From Candidatus Hydrogenedentota bacterium (lineage in GTDB: Bacteria; Hydrogenedentota; Hydrogenedentia; Hydrogenedentales; SLHB01), in contig CAVUWV010000024.1 in assembly GCA_963745075.1 (NCBI GenBank), forward strand, positions 32,001 to 96,000: 64,000 bases of DNA. Direction: 5' to 3'. Positions 53,836 to 64,000 of this stretch are shown one piece after another. The first letter of the stretch is position 1; the number at the start of each line of letters is the position of its first letter. Below the pieces are notes generated by a model. That model was not told where the DNA came from, made no database searches, and saw only the letters and a list, made by a program, of their open reading frames with translations. A program made the translations under genes and the position numbers.

Positions 53836-54348
53836 ATGATTATCGGCGTTATCAGCGATACCCACGGCAACCGCCGCATGATGCACGAAGTTGCCGATTA
53901 TTTGCGCGCCCGGCATGATGCCAAGTTGCTCTTTCATGTCGGCGACGACTACGCCGATGCTGAGGAACTCGCCATGGCCGGCCATCCGATCAAAATGGTT
54001 CCCGGCCTGTGGTGTCCCGCGTATGCGAATCATCGGATCCCGAACGCGATTGTTGAACACGTGGACGGCATTACCATTTCCGCCGCACATGCCGAAAGAG
54101 ACCTGAGAGCGCGCGAATTGGCCGCGACCGTTGTGCTGACGGGGCATACCCACGTGGCGCGAATCGAAAAACTCGGCCACTCCGTCCATTTGAATCCCGG
54201 ACACCTCAAGAGCAAGCTCGACCGCGGCGAACGCCCGTCCTATGCCGTCATCACTACCCGCGAACAGGACATCGAAATCGCGATCCACGAGTTGACGGGA
54301 CAAGTACGGGAAACCCGGTTCTTTCAGCGGGTAGAGCTTGCCGAATGA
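53836..54348 (+). CDS. YfcE-like metallophosphoesterase
   Basis: ISDTHGN, HVGD, GHTH, LNPG. Confidence 0.88.
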   Translation: MIIGVISDTHGNRRMMHEVADYLRARHDAKLLFHVGDDYADAEELAMAGHPIKMVPGLWCPAYANHRIPNAIVEHVDGITISAAHAERDLRARELAATVVLTGHTHVARIEKLGHSVHLNPGHLKSKLDRGERPSYAVITTREQDIEIAIHELTGQVRETRFFQRVELAE

Positions 54349-54486
54349 TCCCGCACATTGAAACGGGAAAAAACGATTCGTGGTATGCTGAAACGGCGAT
54401 AGTGGCCCTGGAACGAGTGGATACCGCGTCGAACGGCACGCGGTCGCAAATGAGATAACGTCCATTTATTTCGAGTGGGGGAAACG

Positions 54487-55455
54487 ATGAAATCCGACCT
54501 GCGTCAAACGGCGATGGCCGCGAGCCTCGGCATTGCCGTCGTCATGCTCGCCGGAAAGTTAACCGCGTACTTCATCACCGGCAGCGCGGCAATCCTTTCC
54601 GACGCCGCGGAGTCCGTCGTGCACATCGCCGCCACCTCCGTCGCCGGTCTCAGTCTCTGGTACGCGCGTCAGGAGCCCAACGACAAGCATCCTTACGGCT
54701 TCGGCAAGGTTGCCTACTTCTCGGCGGGGTTTGAAGGGGCCATGATTCTTTCCGCCGCCGCCTACATCTATTACTCCAGCATCCGGGAACTGATCCTCGG
54801 TCCGGAGTTAAAACACCTCGGCATTGGTATCATCATTACCGCCGTCCTGTGTCTGATCAATCTTGCGCTTGGTCTTTTCCTTGTCCATGTGGGCAAGACT
54901 CGCAACGCCCTTATTCTGGTCGCCAACGGAAAACACGTGTTGACCGATATGTGGACCAGCGCCGGGGTGGTCGTCGGCGTGCTCATCGTGCAGTTGACCG
55001 GCCTGCTTTGGCTGGACCCAATCGTTGCCATTCTGGTGGCGACCAATATCCTGCGGGAAGCCGCTGCGCTGATCTTTGGCTCATTCTCCGGACTTATCGA
55101 CAAGGCCGATCCGGTACAAACGCCCAAAATTCTCGAATGCCTAAAGCGTGCCATCGCCGATGGACGAATTACGGGATTCCATCAATTGCGACATCGGCAA
55201 AGTAACGACGTGATGTGGATTGAAGTCCACATGCAAGAACCCGGTGATATGCCCACCGCCGAGGCCCATGAGAAAGTCACCGGTGTCGAAGAGTCGATCC
55301 GGGGGCTTTTTCACGAGTTTACGGTGCACATCACCACGCACGTGGAACCCGAGCATCACGACGCGGCACATCCCGAAGGTCATCCCGGACTTCCCGACCC
55401 TTACTCCGGAGCCGCTCCCAATCCGGAAGATCGCGAACAACCACAACAATCGTGA
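54487..55455 (+). CDS. Cation diffusion facilitator family transporter
   Basis: SAAILSDAAESVVH, HPYGFGK, HVLTD, HQLRHR, THVEP. Confidence 0.92.
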   Translation: MKSDLRQTAMAASLGIAVVMLAGKLTAYFITGSAAILSDAAESVVHIAATSVAGLSLWYARQEPNDKHPYGFGKVAYFSAGFEGAMILSAAAYIYYSSIRELILGPELKHLGIGIIITAVLCLINLALGLFLVHVGKTRNALILVANGKHVLTDMWTSAGVVVGVLIVQLTGLLWLDPIVAILVATNILREAAALIFGSFSGLIDKADPVQTPKILECLKRAIADGRITGFHQLRHRQSNDVMWIEVHMQEPGDMPTAEAHEKVTGVEESIRGLFHEFTVHITTHVEPEHHDAAHPEGHPGLPDPYSGAAPNPEDREQPQQS

Positions 55456-55481
55456 GCGGTGGATACAGATCCCGCGTTGCC

Positions 55482-56817
55482 CTAATCGATCTGGATCACG
55501 GTATCCGCGTCTCCTGCGAGCGCCGGAGTCCGTTCGGGCCCAACTTCACCGATCGTGTCAGCCGCTGGCTCAACAGGACCGAACGATCGCACCAACACGG
55601 CACGATGACCCAATAGCCACACCAGCAGCGCCGCCACATCGAGCATGATGAGTGCCGCGATCGCTGCCCCCGGCCGATCCGAGCCCGAAGGCTCGATGGG
55701 TCCAAATCAGCGCCGCCCCGCCCAGGACCGGCAACCGCAAAGTCTCCAGCAAGAGCGCCCAGCGTTTACCCTCCAGCAACCCGCCGATGCAGACGAGCGT
55801 CATCACGATCAGACCACCCACGCCGGCCCGTTCCGTCCATTCCATCGTGGATTCCTTCTTCAGGAAGGACGTTGCAATGATGATCGTTGGGATGAACTGA
55901 ACGAGAACATACACGCTGAGGCTGACCGGCACCTTCGGGTCGTACTTCTGGTAGAACTCGCGCCGCAAGTACGCAGGCGACCCCGCCTTCTCGAGTCCGG
56001 CCGGACGCCATGCCGGTTTCATAAACCACACCCGGAGTTTGTCCCGCCAGTGCGGCGCTTTCCACGCAAGTTTGGCAAGGTCAATCCAGTAATGAATGTT
56101 GGCCCAGACCGGGTTCCAACTCCGGAGCGGAGTCGCCGTACCGTAAATGGGCTCTTCCTCTTCCTCCTTAAACGTGCCGAAGAGCCGGTCCCATACGATC
56201 AGCATTCCGCCGTGATTCCGATCGATGTACTTCGGGTTCTTCGCGTGATGGACACGATGGTGGGACGGCGTATTGAGCACCCACTCTAACGGCCCCAACT
56301 TGCCGATGGTGCGCGTATGTATCCAGAACTGGTAAAGCGTGTCCACCGACGCCATGACGATGAACATTGCCGGCGGAAAACCGGTTAATGCGAGGGGCAA
56401 ATAGAAAATCCAGAAGAAGCAGCCCTGAAAGACCCCCTGCCGCAACGCCACGCTCAGGTTGTATTCTTCGCTCTGGTGATGGGGGATATGCGACCCCCAC
56501 ATAATGTTGACCTCGTGGCTGGCCCGGTGCGCCCAGTAATACATGAGATCGTAAAAGAGCAGACACGCAGCCCACGCCACAGTGGATGCCATGGAAATGT
56601 CCAGTATCCGGTGGTGCTTGTACAGGTACAGGTAACCGACGAAGACCACGGATTTGAGAAACGCCCCGCCCACCTGGTCCAGCGTGCCCATGCTCAAATC
56701 GTTGATCGTGTCATTGAACCGGTAGTTCGCCCGCCGTTGAATCCAACTGACGAACCATTCCACCCCAATCAGGAGGAAAAACACGGGGATCGCCATCTCA
56801 ATGAGATTCGGTACCAT
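55482..56817 (-). CDS. Sterol desaturase / alkylglycerol monooxygenase-like protein; frameshift in a G-run near 55670
   Basis: YWAHR..H, HIPHHQS, QFWIHT, TPSHHRVHH His boxes. The last TM helix AAIAALIMLDVAALLVWLL lies in a shifted frame ending at the TAG at 55482. Confidence 0.85.
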
Positions 56818-57150
56818 GATCGGTCACCTACCTACCCTCAAACACACACCACCTGCGCACGGTCTCCACCTCCCATCATATCGCGCCCGGACCTAACGGT
56901 CAATAGAACGCCATAAAGGTATATATGCCCAGGCGGCGCGCCGGCATTCCGTCCATTGCAACGTTGATCGGTGGGCTGTTTTGGCGTATACCCAACACGT
57001 CGACGTTGGCGTTCATGTCCGTATCGCGGGGGCGGTTTGGATGGAATTCGCCAAGAAGGATCGGCGTCAGGGGGACTCCGGAAAAAGTGGTTGCGCAGTG
57101 CAGTGGATTGCTCCGCACCCGACCCCGGGACACGACAAGGGGGGATTCTC

Positions 57151-58782
57151 ATGTTTAACGGTCTTTTCCACATTCCCGAGCCAAAGAACGAACCCGTTCT
57201 CGAATATGCACCCGGTTCGCGGGAGCGAGACGAACTCAAGGCCAAGCTCCAGGAACTGCTCGACAACCCGACCGAAGTTCCAATGATTATCGGCGGAAAA
57301 GCGCAGCAGGCCGACAGCGTCGCCGAGATGCGGTGCCCTCACAATCTCCAACAGCGTTTGGGCGCCTACCACGTGGCCAACGCGTTCCATGCGAATCAGG
57401 CTATCGAGGCGGCCAACGTGGCCAAGAAAGACTGGTCCGAAATGCCATGGGATAATCGGGCGACGATCTTTCTCAAGGCCGCAGAATTGTTGGCCACAAA
57501 GTACCGACAGACCCTGAACGCGGCCACCATGCTGTGCTTGAGCAAGACCCCGCACCAGGCGGAAATCGATTCGGCCTGTGAACTCATCGACTTCTGGCGG
57601 TTTAACCCACACTTTATGACGCTCGTGTACGACGACCAGCCCAAGTCTACGCCCACCTTGCTCAATTACATGGAGCACCGGCCGCTCGAAGGGTTTGTCT
57701 TCGCCATTACGCCGTTCAACTTCACCTCGATTGCCGGTAACCTGCCGACGGCGCCCGCATTGATGGGAAATGCGGTCGTATGGAAACCCGCGTCGTCCGC
57801 CGTGTTGCCCGCGTATTTCATCATGAAGATCCTCGAGGAGGCGGGCTTGCCGCCAGGGGTGATCAACATGATCCCCGGTCCCGGCCCTGCCATCGGGCCA
57901 ACCGTCCTGGACCACCTAGACCTCGGCGGCATCCACTTCACCGGCAGCACGAAAGTCTTTTCGACGATTTGGCTGGCCGTCGGGTCCGACATCCGCAAAT
58001 ACTATTCGTATCCGCGCATTGTCGGCGAGACGGGCGGCAAGGATTTTATTGTTGCCCATCCATCCGCCGACTTGGCGGCCCTTGCGACCGCGCTCGTCCG
58101 CGGCGCCTTCGAATACCAGGGGCAGAAGTGCTCGGCGTGCAGCCGTGCCTATGTCCCCGATTCTATGTGGCCCGCACTCCAGGAAAGACTGCTTGCCGAT
58201 ACGGCGGAAGTGCACATGGGCGATATCTGCGATTTCACCAACTTCATGGGCGCCGTCATTGATCAAAACGCGTACGAGAGCATAACGGGCTATATCGAAT
58301 ACGCCAAGAGCAGCCCCGATCTGGAAATCATCGCGGGCGGCAAGCATAGCAACAAAGAAGGCTATTTCATCGAGCCAACCATCGTGCTTTCCAAAGAGCC
58401 GAAGTCGCGACTCATGTGCGAGGAAATCTTTGGGCCGGTGCTGACGATTTACGTCTATCCCGAAAAGGAATACAGCGAGACGCTCCGCCTTTGCGATAAG
58501 ACGAGCCCCTATGCGCTGACCGGCGCCATCTTCGCGCAGGATCGCCGGGCCGTCGTCGAAGCGACGCGTGTGCTCCGTCATGCCGCCGGGAACTTCTACA
58601 TCAACGACAAGCCGACCGGCGCGGTGGTTGGACAGCAACCCTTCGGCGGAAGCCGCGCTTCGGGTACCAACGACAAGGCCGGGTCCTGGATTAACCTCGA
58701 ACGGTGGATATCGCCACGAACGATCAAGGAGAACTTCCTGCCGGCGACGGACTTTCGGTACGCCTACATGAAGGAAAACTAA
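57151..58782 (+). CDS. pruA: L-glutamate gamma-semialdehyde (P5C) dehydrogenase
   Basis: NEPV..YAPGS, QAEIDSACE, PFNFT, FTGST, GETGGK, YQGQKCSA, EEIFGP, SGTNDKAG. Confidence 0.95.
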   Translation: MFNGLFHIPEPKNEPVLEYAPGSRERDELKAKLQELLDNPTEVPMIIGGKAQQADSVAEMRCPHNLQQRLGAYHVANAFHANQAIEAANVAKKDWSEMPWDNRATIFLKAAELLATKYRQTLNAATMLCLSKTPHQAEIDSACELIDFWRFNPHFMTLVYDDQPKSTPTLLNYMEHRPLEGFVFAITPFNFTSIAGNLPTAPALMGNAVVWKPASSAVLPAYFIMKILEEAGLPPGVINMIPGPGPAIGPTVLDHLDLGGIHFTGSTKVFSTIWLAVGSDIRKYYSYPRIVGETGGKDFIVAHPSADLAALATALVRGAFEYQGQKCSACSRAYVPDSMWPALQERLLADTAEVHMGDICDFTNFMGAVIDQNAYESITGYIEYAKSSPDLEIIAGGKHSNKEGYFIEPTIVLSKEPKSRLMCEEIFGPVLTIYVYPEKEYSETLRLCDKTSPYALTGAIFAQDRRAVVEATRVLRHAAGNFYINDKPTGAVVGQQPFGGSRASGTNDKAGSWINLERWISPRTIKENFLPATDFRYAYMKEN

Positions 58783-58950
58783 GAGCGTGTTTCAAAAGTG
58801 GTCTCGCGCGATTTGAGAGACTTGCCACAGATGTAGCGCAGGCGTCCCCGCCTGCAAAATCTCGGACTGAACCCCAAAGAATGCAGGCGGGGATGCCTGT
58901 GCTTCATCATTCGATACGACTAGCCGATATCTTACTTTTGAAACACCCTA
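58783..58950. mobile_element. MITE-like element (168 bp) with an internal REP doublet
   Basis: TIRs AGCGTGTTTCAAAAGT / ACTTTTGAAACACCCT (15/16 match). TAA on both sides (58780-82 and 58951-53). Internal 26-bp inverted repeat at 58831-58856 / 58882-58907. Confidence 0.7.
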
Positions 58951-59188
58951 TAAGAATCTTCTCGGAATCTGCCGGCGTCGTCTGAGACCTCGGCTTGTAA
59001 TCACCGTATTTGGGAACGTTGGCGCGACGAGCCGCCGACCCCGGCATGCGATCAAATACACATTGGATATGCAACGTTAAAATATTCAAGCACATAGACT
59101 TGTAACGAATCTCTCTTCAGAATGTAGAACTACCCGGGGGCAATAAAAAGGGCAAACTGGGCGATGAGCCCGAACATGGAGAAGTAGT

Positions 59189-59290
59189 ATGGATATCCAG
59201 GCTCTTTTGGATCAGATCTTCGCGTTCATCATGCAATTGATGGATCTCATTCTCGGCTTCATGGGGTTTCGAGGGGGACGCGACGAATAA
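59189..59290 (+). CDS. Small amphipathic peptide (33 aa)
   Basis: GGAGAAGTAGT-ATG; MDIQALLDQIFAFIMQLMDLILGFMGFRGGRDE*; below the ORF track cutoff. Confidence 0.6.
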   Translation: MDIQALLDQIFAFIMQLMDLILGFMGFRGGRDE

Positions 59291-59377
59291 TTGACGATAC
59301 TCCCGAACGCCATCCGGTGCAAGGCAATGGCTAGACGGTATCGGATGGGGACGAACGGGTGTGTTACCTCGAATTTT

Positions 59378-59415
59378 GGGTTACGCCGTCCGCACGGAAA
59401 TGGGCGGCGTAACCC
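59378..59415. repeat. 14-bp hairpin (REP-like or terminator)
   Basis: GGGTTACGCCGTCC-N10-GGGCGGCGTAACCC. Confidence 0.55.
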
Positions 59416-59532
59416 TTCCTGCTGTCTGCTCATTCCTCCCACTTGCCAATTCGAGGTCCGATTGGGTGACAATAGCGTCTTGAGATACCGGTTTCTTGAT
59501 TCTTGGCGAAAATGGTCCTCAGGAGCGGCGGT

Positions 59533-60995
59533 ATGAGCACGATTCTCATGGTGGTTGTGTTGGGAATGTTACATGCGCAACCGGACGCGGCGAAACCCGC
59601 AACATCCAATGCATCCCCCGAAGCTTGGCGCGCCAAAGTCGGGCCCGACACCGCGCCTGAAACAATCGAGCCCATCGAAGCGCCCTTTGACATGCCCCAA
59701 CTCACGCGGCCTGAATTCCCTGATCGCGTCGTCACCATCACCGACTACGGCGCCGTGGGGGACGGGGTCGCGAAGAACACCGAAGCCATCCGCGCCGCGA
59801 TCGAAGACTGCGCGAAAGCGGGCGGAGGCATGGTGCGCGTACCCGGAAGGAACGTGGTTGACCGGCGCCATCCACCTCGAAGAGCAACGTCAACCTCCAG
59901 CTGGACGCAGGCGCCGTCCTGCGCTTCTCAACCGACCCCGCCGACTACTTGCCCGTCGTGTTTACGCGCTGGGCCGGGTTCGAGTGTTACAACTACTCGC
60001 CCCTCATCTACGCTCGCGACTGCGAAAACATCGCCATCACCGGTCCAGGAACCATCGACGGCAACGGCAAGCAGTGGTGGTCCTGGGAACCGCGCCAGCA
60101 GCCTACGGCCACGCGCATGTACGAAGACCAAATCCTGAAAGGCGTGCCGCCGGAGGAGCGCGTCTACGGGACGGTCGAAGACGGGCTGCGTCCGCAACTC
60201 ATCAGCCCCATCAACTGCCGGAACGTGTTACTCGAAGGGTTTACCATTAGCAAGCCCGGCCCCTTCTGGACCATCGACCTCGTCTATTGCGACCACGTCA
60301 TCGTGCGTCGGCTGCGCGTATTCACCGAAGGCGGGCCCAACACCGACGGCATCAACGTCGATTCCTGCACCAACGTGCTCATCGAGCATAACTTCCTCAA
60401 CACCGGCGACGACTGCATCTGTATGAAGTCCGGCATGAACGAGGACGGCTGGCGCGTCGGCAAACCGACCGAAAACGTGGTCATTCGCTACAACCGCACG
60501 GCAAAGGGCCACGGCGGCGCGGTCTTCGGCAGTGACATGAGCGGCGACATCCGCAACGTCTACGTCCACTCCTGCGTCTACGACGGCACCCAGATGGGCA
60601 TCCGCATCAAATCTACCCGGGGCCGCGGCGGCATCGTCGAACGCCTCTGGTTCGAGAACATCGACATGAATGATATCCAGCACGAAGCCATCCAGATGTC
60701 CACCGCCTACCGCGCCTGGATGGCCACCACCGAAGGCAAAGCCCCCATTTTCCGCGACATCACCTTCCGCAACATCCACGTCGACGGCGCCAGAAATGCC
60801 GCGAGCATCGAAGGCCTACCCGAAGCACCTATCGAGGATTTGCGCTTCAAGGACATCGTCATCAACGCGACAAACGGTTTCCGTGCCAAATTGGTCAATG
60901 GCATCGTTTTGGATAACGTTGCCGTGACCGCCGAGAAAGGCCCCGCATTTCAGTGGCAAGACTGTAAGCACGTATCTGTCGACGGAAAGAAGTAG
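59533..60995 (+). CDS. Glycoside hydrolase family 28 (polygalacturonase-like); two frameshifts near 59843 and 59879
   Basis: ITDYGAVGDG; after frame repair VPEGTWLTGAIHLKSNVNL; NTDG, GDD, GHG and RIK GH28 motifs. Confidence 0.92.
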
Positions 60996-61031
60996 AGGGT
61001 CACAATCCAAGGTGCGCCCGCAGAGGACTCG

Positions 61032-62483
61032 TCAGTAGTCCTCGCCATTCAGACTCCGAATCACCGACTGTTGCCACGCAATCAACACTTCCTTCATCGC
61101 CGCCACGCGCTGGCCCTGTGCACTTGCGACGTCATTCGCCTCTTCGGGGTCGGATTCGAGGTTGAATAACTCCAGCGTAAATTCATCGTCCGAATCCTTC
61201 TTCGGAATCCGGTGCAGTTTCCACGGCCAGTCGAGCCATGCCGCGTGACCCGGGAGGTCCTCTTCCGAATACGTTGTCTTAATCTCGCCCGCGTCCAGGC
61301 ACAACATATCCGGATGGGCTACTTCCTTTCCCGCCTGTTGCGCGTCGTAGAGTTCCTGCATCAGTTTGTCGCTGGGCGTGCTGATGCCTTTCGCGGGGTA
61401 GACCCAGAACCCCATCGGCTCGGGGCGCTGGTCCATCTCGCCCGCGATGAGCGGGGCGAGGCTGATACCGTCCAAGGTCGGCTGGTCCTTCATGCGGATT
61501 CCGAGGAGATCGAGCAGAGTGGGGTAGATGTCCTCCGTGGTGCAGGGCACCGCCGTGGTGCGCGGCGCGGGGATTTGCTCCGGCCATTCGAGAATGCCCG
61601 GCACGCGCAAACCGCCTTCGTAGAGCTGGCTCTTATACCCGCGTCCGCCGGTCGCGCTGACTTTCGGCAGACCGCCGTTATCGCTGCAGTACCAGAGAAT
61701 CGTGTTGTTCGCGATGCCGAGCGTCCGCAATTCGTCGCGCAACGTGCCGAAGGCCCGGTCCATGCCCGTGACCTCGCCGTAGTAATTCTGAAACTCGGCA
61801 TCTTCGTCTGGATACAACGCCCGCAACTCGTCCGTCGCCTGGTGCGGCTTGTGAGGCGAACCGAACCAGACCACCGCCAGGAACGGCTGTTCGCTACCCG
61901 CATACTTTCGAATGAAATCCAGCGCTGCATCCGCCGTTACCATAGAACTCTCGCCGGGATGCGGTTCCGCTACGCCTTCCCGGCTCAGGATCGGGTCGTT
62001 GTCGAAAAAGTTCGGCGCGGAGAGCCATTCGTCGAATCCGCTCGCGTCGGGATTCACGGGACTGCCCTTCTCCACGGGACCGAGATGCCACTTGCCGAAG
62101 TGGCCCGTCACGTATCCCGCGCTCTTCAGGGCTTCGGCGATCGTGTATTCCTGCGGACGCAGCGTGTACCCCCAACTGAAACAACCAAACCGGTTCGGAT
62201 GCCGTCCCGTCATCACGCTGCCGCGCGTGGGGGAACAGACTGGCGCCGCCGCGTAAAACCGGTCAAACCGCAGTCCGGCCGCGGCCGCCGCATCGAAGTT
62301 CGGCGTCTGCAACACCGGATGCCCATAGTACGCCATGTCGCCCCAGCCCTGGTCGTCCGCCATGCACAGGACGATATTCGGCTGCGCGGCCGATTTGCGC
62401 GCAAGATCGGTCGTTGCGCACCCCGCTGCGAGACAGCCGCTGGCTACGGTCGTTCCAATGAATTCGCGACGGCTGAGTTTCAT
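61032..62483 (-). CDS. Cys-type sulfatase (S1) with a Tat signal and lipobox
   Basis: SRREFIG, LAAGC, PNIV..ADDQG, CSPTR, GKWHLG, SDNG, YEGGLRVP. Confidence 0.93.
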   Translation of the reverse strand: MKLSRREFIGTTVASGCLAAGCATTDLARKSAAQPNIVLCMADDQGWGDMAYYGHPVLQTPNFDAAAAAGLRFDRFYAAAPVCSPTRGSVMTGRHPNRFGCFSWGYTLRPQEYTIAEALKSAGYVTGHFGKWHLGPVEKGSPVNPDASGFDEWLSAPNFFDNDPILSREGVAEPHPGESSMVTADAALDFIRKYAGSEQPFLAVVWFGSPHKPHQATDELRALYPDEDAEFQNYYGEVTGMDRAFGTLRDELRTLGIANNTILWYCSDNGGLPKVSATGGRGYKSQLYEGGLRVPGILEWPEQIPAPRTTAVPCTTEDIYPTLLDLLGIRMKDQPTLDGISLAPLIAGEMDQRPEPMGFWVYPAKGISTPSDKLMQELYDAQQAGKEVAHPDMLCLDAGEIKTTYSEEDLPGHAAWLDWPWKLHRIPKKDSDDEFTLELFNLESDPEEANDVASAQGQRVAAMKEVLIAWQQSVIRSLNGEDY

Positions 62484-62688
62484 TTCTAAACCCCCTTCGT
62501 TTCTTGCGCCAATCATCTGACCGATCCGTCGGATCTGCGCATTCGGTTCCGCAGTTGGCATCGTCTTCGACAGCATGTAAGATGGTCCCTAATCTTGGCG
62601 GCCGCAATCAAGCGCAACCATTCGCGGAGCGGAATGCATTGGGCGGTAGCAATCTCCAAAAGCCGCGCGACCAATAGGGGAGATTCGA

Positions 62689-64000
62689 ATGACGAAAGCG
62701 ATGGCGATTCTGGCGACCTGCTTTGTGGTGATCCTTGCCGCCCACGCCGAGGATAATCAGCCGCTCGACCCGGTCATGACCGACGGCACGACCGATGCCG
62801 GCACCTATCGCATCAAGCCCGATACGGCCATTTCCGGCGTTTACGGCACGTGGACCGTTACCTACACCGTGGGTTCAAAAGGTATTGCCGAGGGTGGTGG
62901 AATTCGTGTGCAACTCCCCGACGAAATGCACGCGGGACCACGAAACAGCGCCGACCGCTTGCAGACCGTCGACCCCGCGGCCGACCACTATATCACCGGG
63001 TCCTGCTCGCGCAAGGACGTGGAGTTGCACACGTTGGTCGAGCACGAAGTCGAAAACGAACTCGTAAAGAACGCCAAGCCGTCTCTCGACGGTCGCTTCG
63101 AGCGCTACGTATTCGTCGTACGCGCGCAAGTGACGCACGGCGCATTGCAGGAAGGCGATACCATATCCGTCGTCTACGGCGACACAAGCGGCGGCAGCCG
63201 CGGCTATCGTGCGGGCGAAGTATCCACGTCGTCCTTGCCGGTGTTGCTGGCCGTGGACGCCGATGGCACGAATTCGTTCCGTCTCCATACCGCGCCGCCC
63301 ACGCTGCGCATCGATCCCGGACCCGCGGCACTCATGCTGCTGCATGCGCCGTCGCAGGCGGAAGCCGGCCGACTCACGCGTATCCTCGTTTCCCTGCTCG
63401 ACGCCGAAAACAACCCGGTACACCAACCCGGTCGCGTTCGAGTCAGCGTGGATTCCGGCGAAGCGAAAGCGCCGGAAATCGTGGACGTGCCCCCGAACAA
63501 GGGCTACGCTGAGTTCGAAGTGACGCCTTCCACCACCGGCACGCTGCGTCTGCACGCCTGGGCCGATGACCAAAATCTAAGCGCAATCTCCAATCCCTGC
63601 CTTGTCTCCAAACAAATGCCGGAAATGCAGGTGCTCTGGGGCGAGTTGCACTCCCATTCCCACTACAGTTGGGACGGCGTCGGCTACGACAACTTCGACT
63701 ACGCGCGTTATACGACCGGCCTCGACTTCTATGCCATGACCGACCACTCCAACGAACCCGATCCCCAAGGGACGAAGGGTCTGTATTCGGGAATCTGGGA
63801 CGAGTACAACAAGAAGACGGAGAAGTACAACGATCCGCCGGCGTTTATCACCATCCACGCCTACGAGTGCTCCTTCGGCACGCCCTACGGCCATCACAAC
63901 GTGTTCTTTCGCGGCGAACCGGGAGCACTGTTGAATCCGCAAACCGCGACGCTCCCCGAATTGTGGAAGGCCTTGGAAACAGGTAGTGCGTTGACGATCC
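62689..64000 (+). CDS. Secreted DUF3604/PHP-domain metallohydrolase-like protein (partial)
   Basis: Manual translation from ATG 62689: signal peptide, WGELHSHSHYSWDG, LDFYAMTDH, AYECS, GHHNV. Open to the window end. Confidence 0.8.
   Translation, partial: MTKAMAILATCFVVILAAHAEDNQPLDPVMTDGTTDAGTYRIKPDTAISGVYGTWTVTYTVGSKGIAEGGGIRVQLPDEMHAGPRNSADRLQTVDPAADHYITGSCSRKDVELHTLVEHEVENELVKNAKPSLDGRFERYVFVVRAQVTHGALQEGDTISVVYGDTSGGSRGYRAGEVSTSSLPVLLAVDADGTNSFRLHTAPPTLRIDPGPAALMLLHAPSQAEAGRLTRILVSLLDAENNPVHQPGRVRVSVDSGEAKAPEIVDVPPNKGYAEFEVTPSTTGTLRLHAWADDQNLSAISNPCLVSKQMPEMQVLWGELHSHSHYSWDGVGYDNFDYARYTTGLDFYAMTDHSNEPDPQGTKGLYSGIWDEYNKKTEKYNDPPAFITIHAYECSFGTPYGHHNVFFRGEPGALLNPQTATLPELWKALETGSALTI

Noticed and set aside
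59140..59180. c-di-GMP-I riboswitch (GGCAAAC start) upstream of the small peptide
   Set aside because: Lacks the GAAA loop, the GACGCAAA junction and the second stem.

Overview
GC-rich bacterial chromosomal window. The gene style suggests a Hydrogenedentota/PVC-like polysaccharide degrader (inference, not verified). The left part (1-35 kb) is an accessory carbohydrate-processing region. It holds Tat-exported Gfo/Idh/MocA oxidoreductases, a GH109-like enzyme, an exported fucose-isomerase-like protein, a mutarotase, an SSS transporter, a large glycosidase, an esterase, a heparinase II/III-like lyase, a DUF5107-TPR protein, a sialidase-like fusion and a lactonase. It also holds a tandem triplication of a membrane acyltransferase-like gene coupled to degenerate DUF1559/H-X9-DG-like partner genes. 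A tRNA-Pro(UGG) separates this from a more housekeeping part: aroB, a TPR protein, a ROK kinase, an M24-fold protein, a GT4, sat with an alkaline-phosphatase-family gene and a P-loop-less CysC-like mini protein, a hybrid kinase, ltaE, mnmG, a CDF transporter, a desaturase, pruA, a GH28, a sulfatase and a DUF3604-like protein. Intergenic spaces carry several families of REP/REPIN-like inverted repeats, one MITE-like element with a TAA target duplication, and an unannotated 33-aa amphipathic peptide ORF. Seven genes carry single-base frameshifts that most likely are long-read assembly errors. No CRISPR array, integrase, transposase or phage genes were seen.
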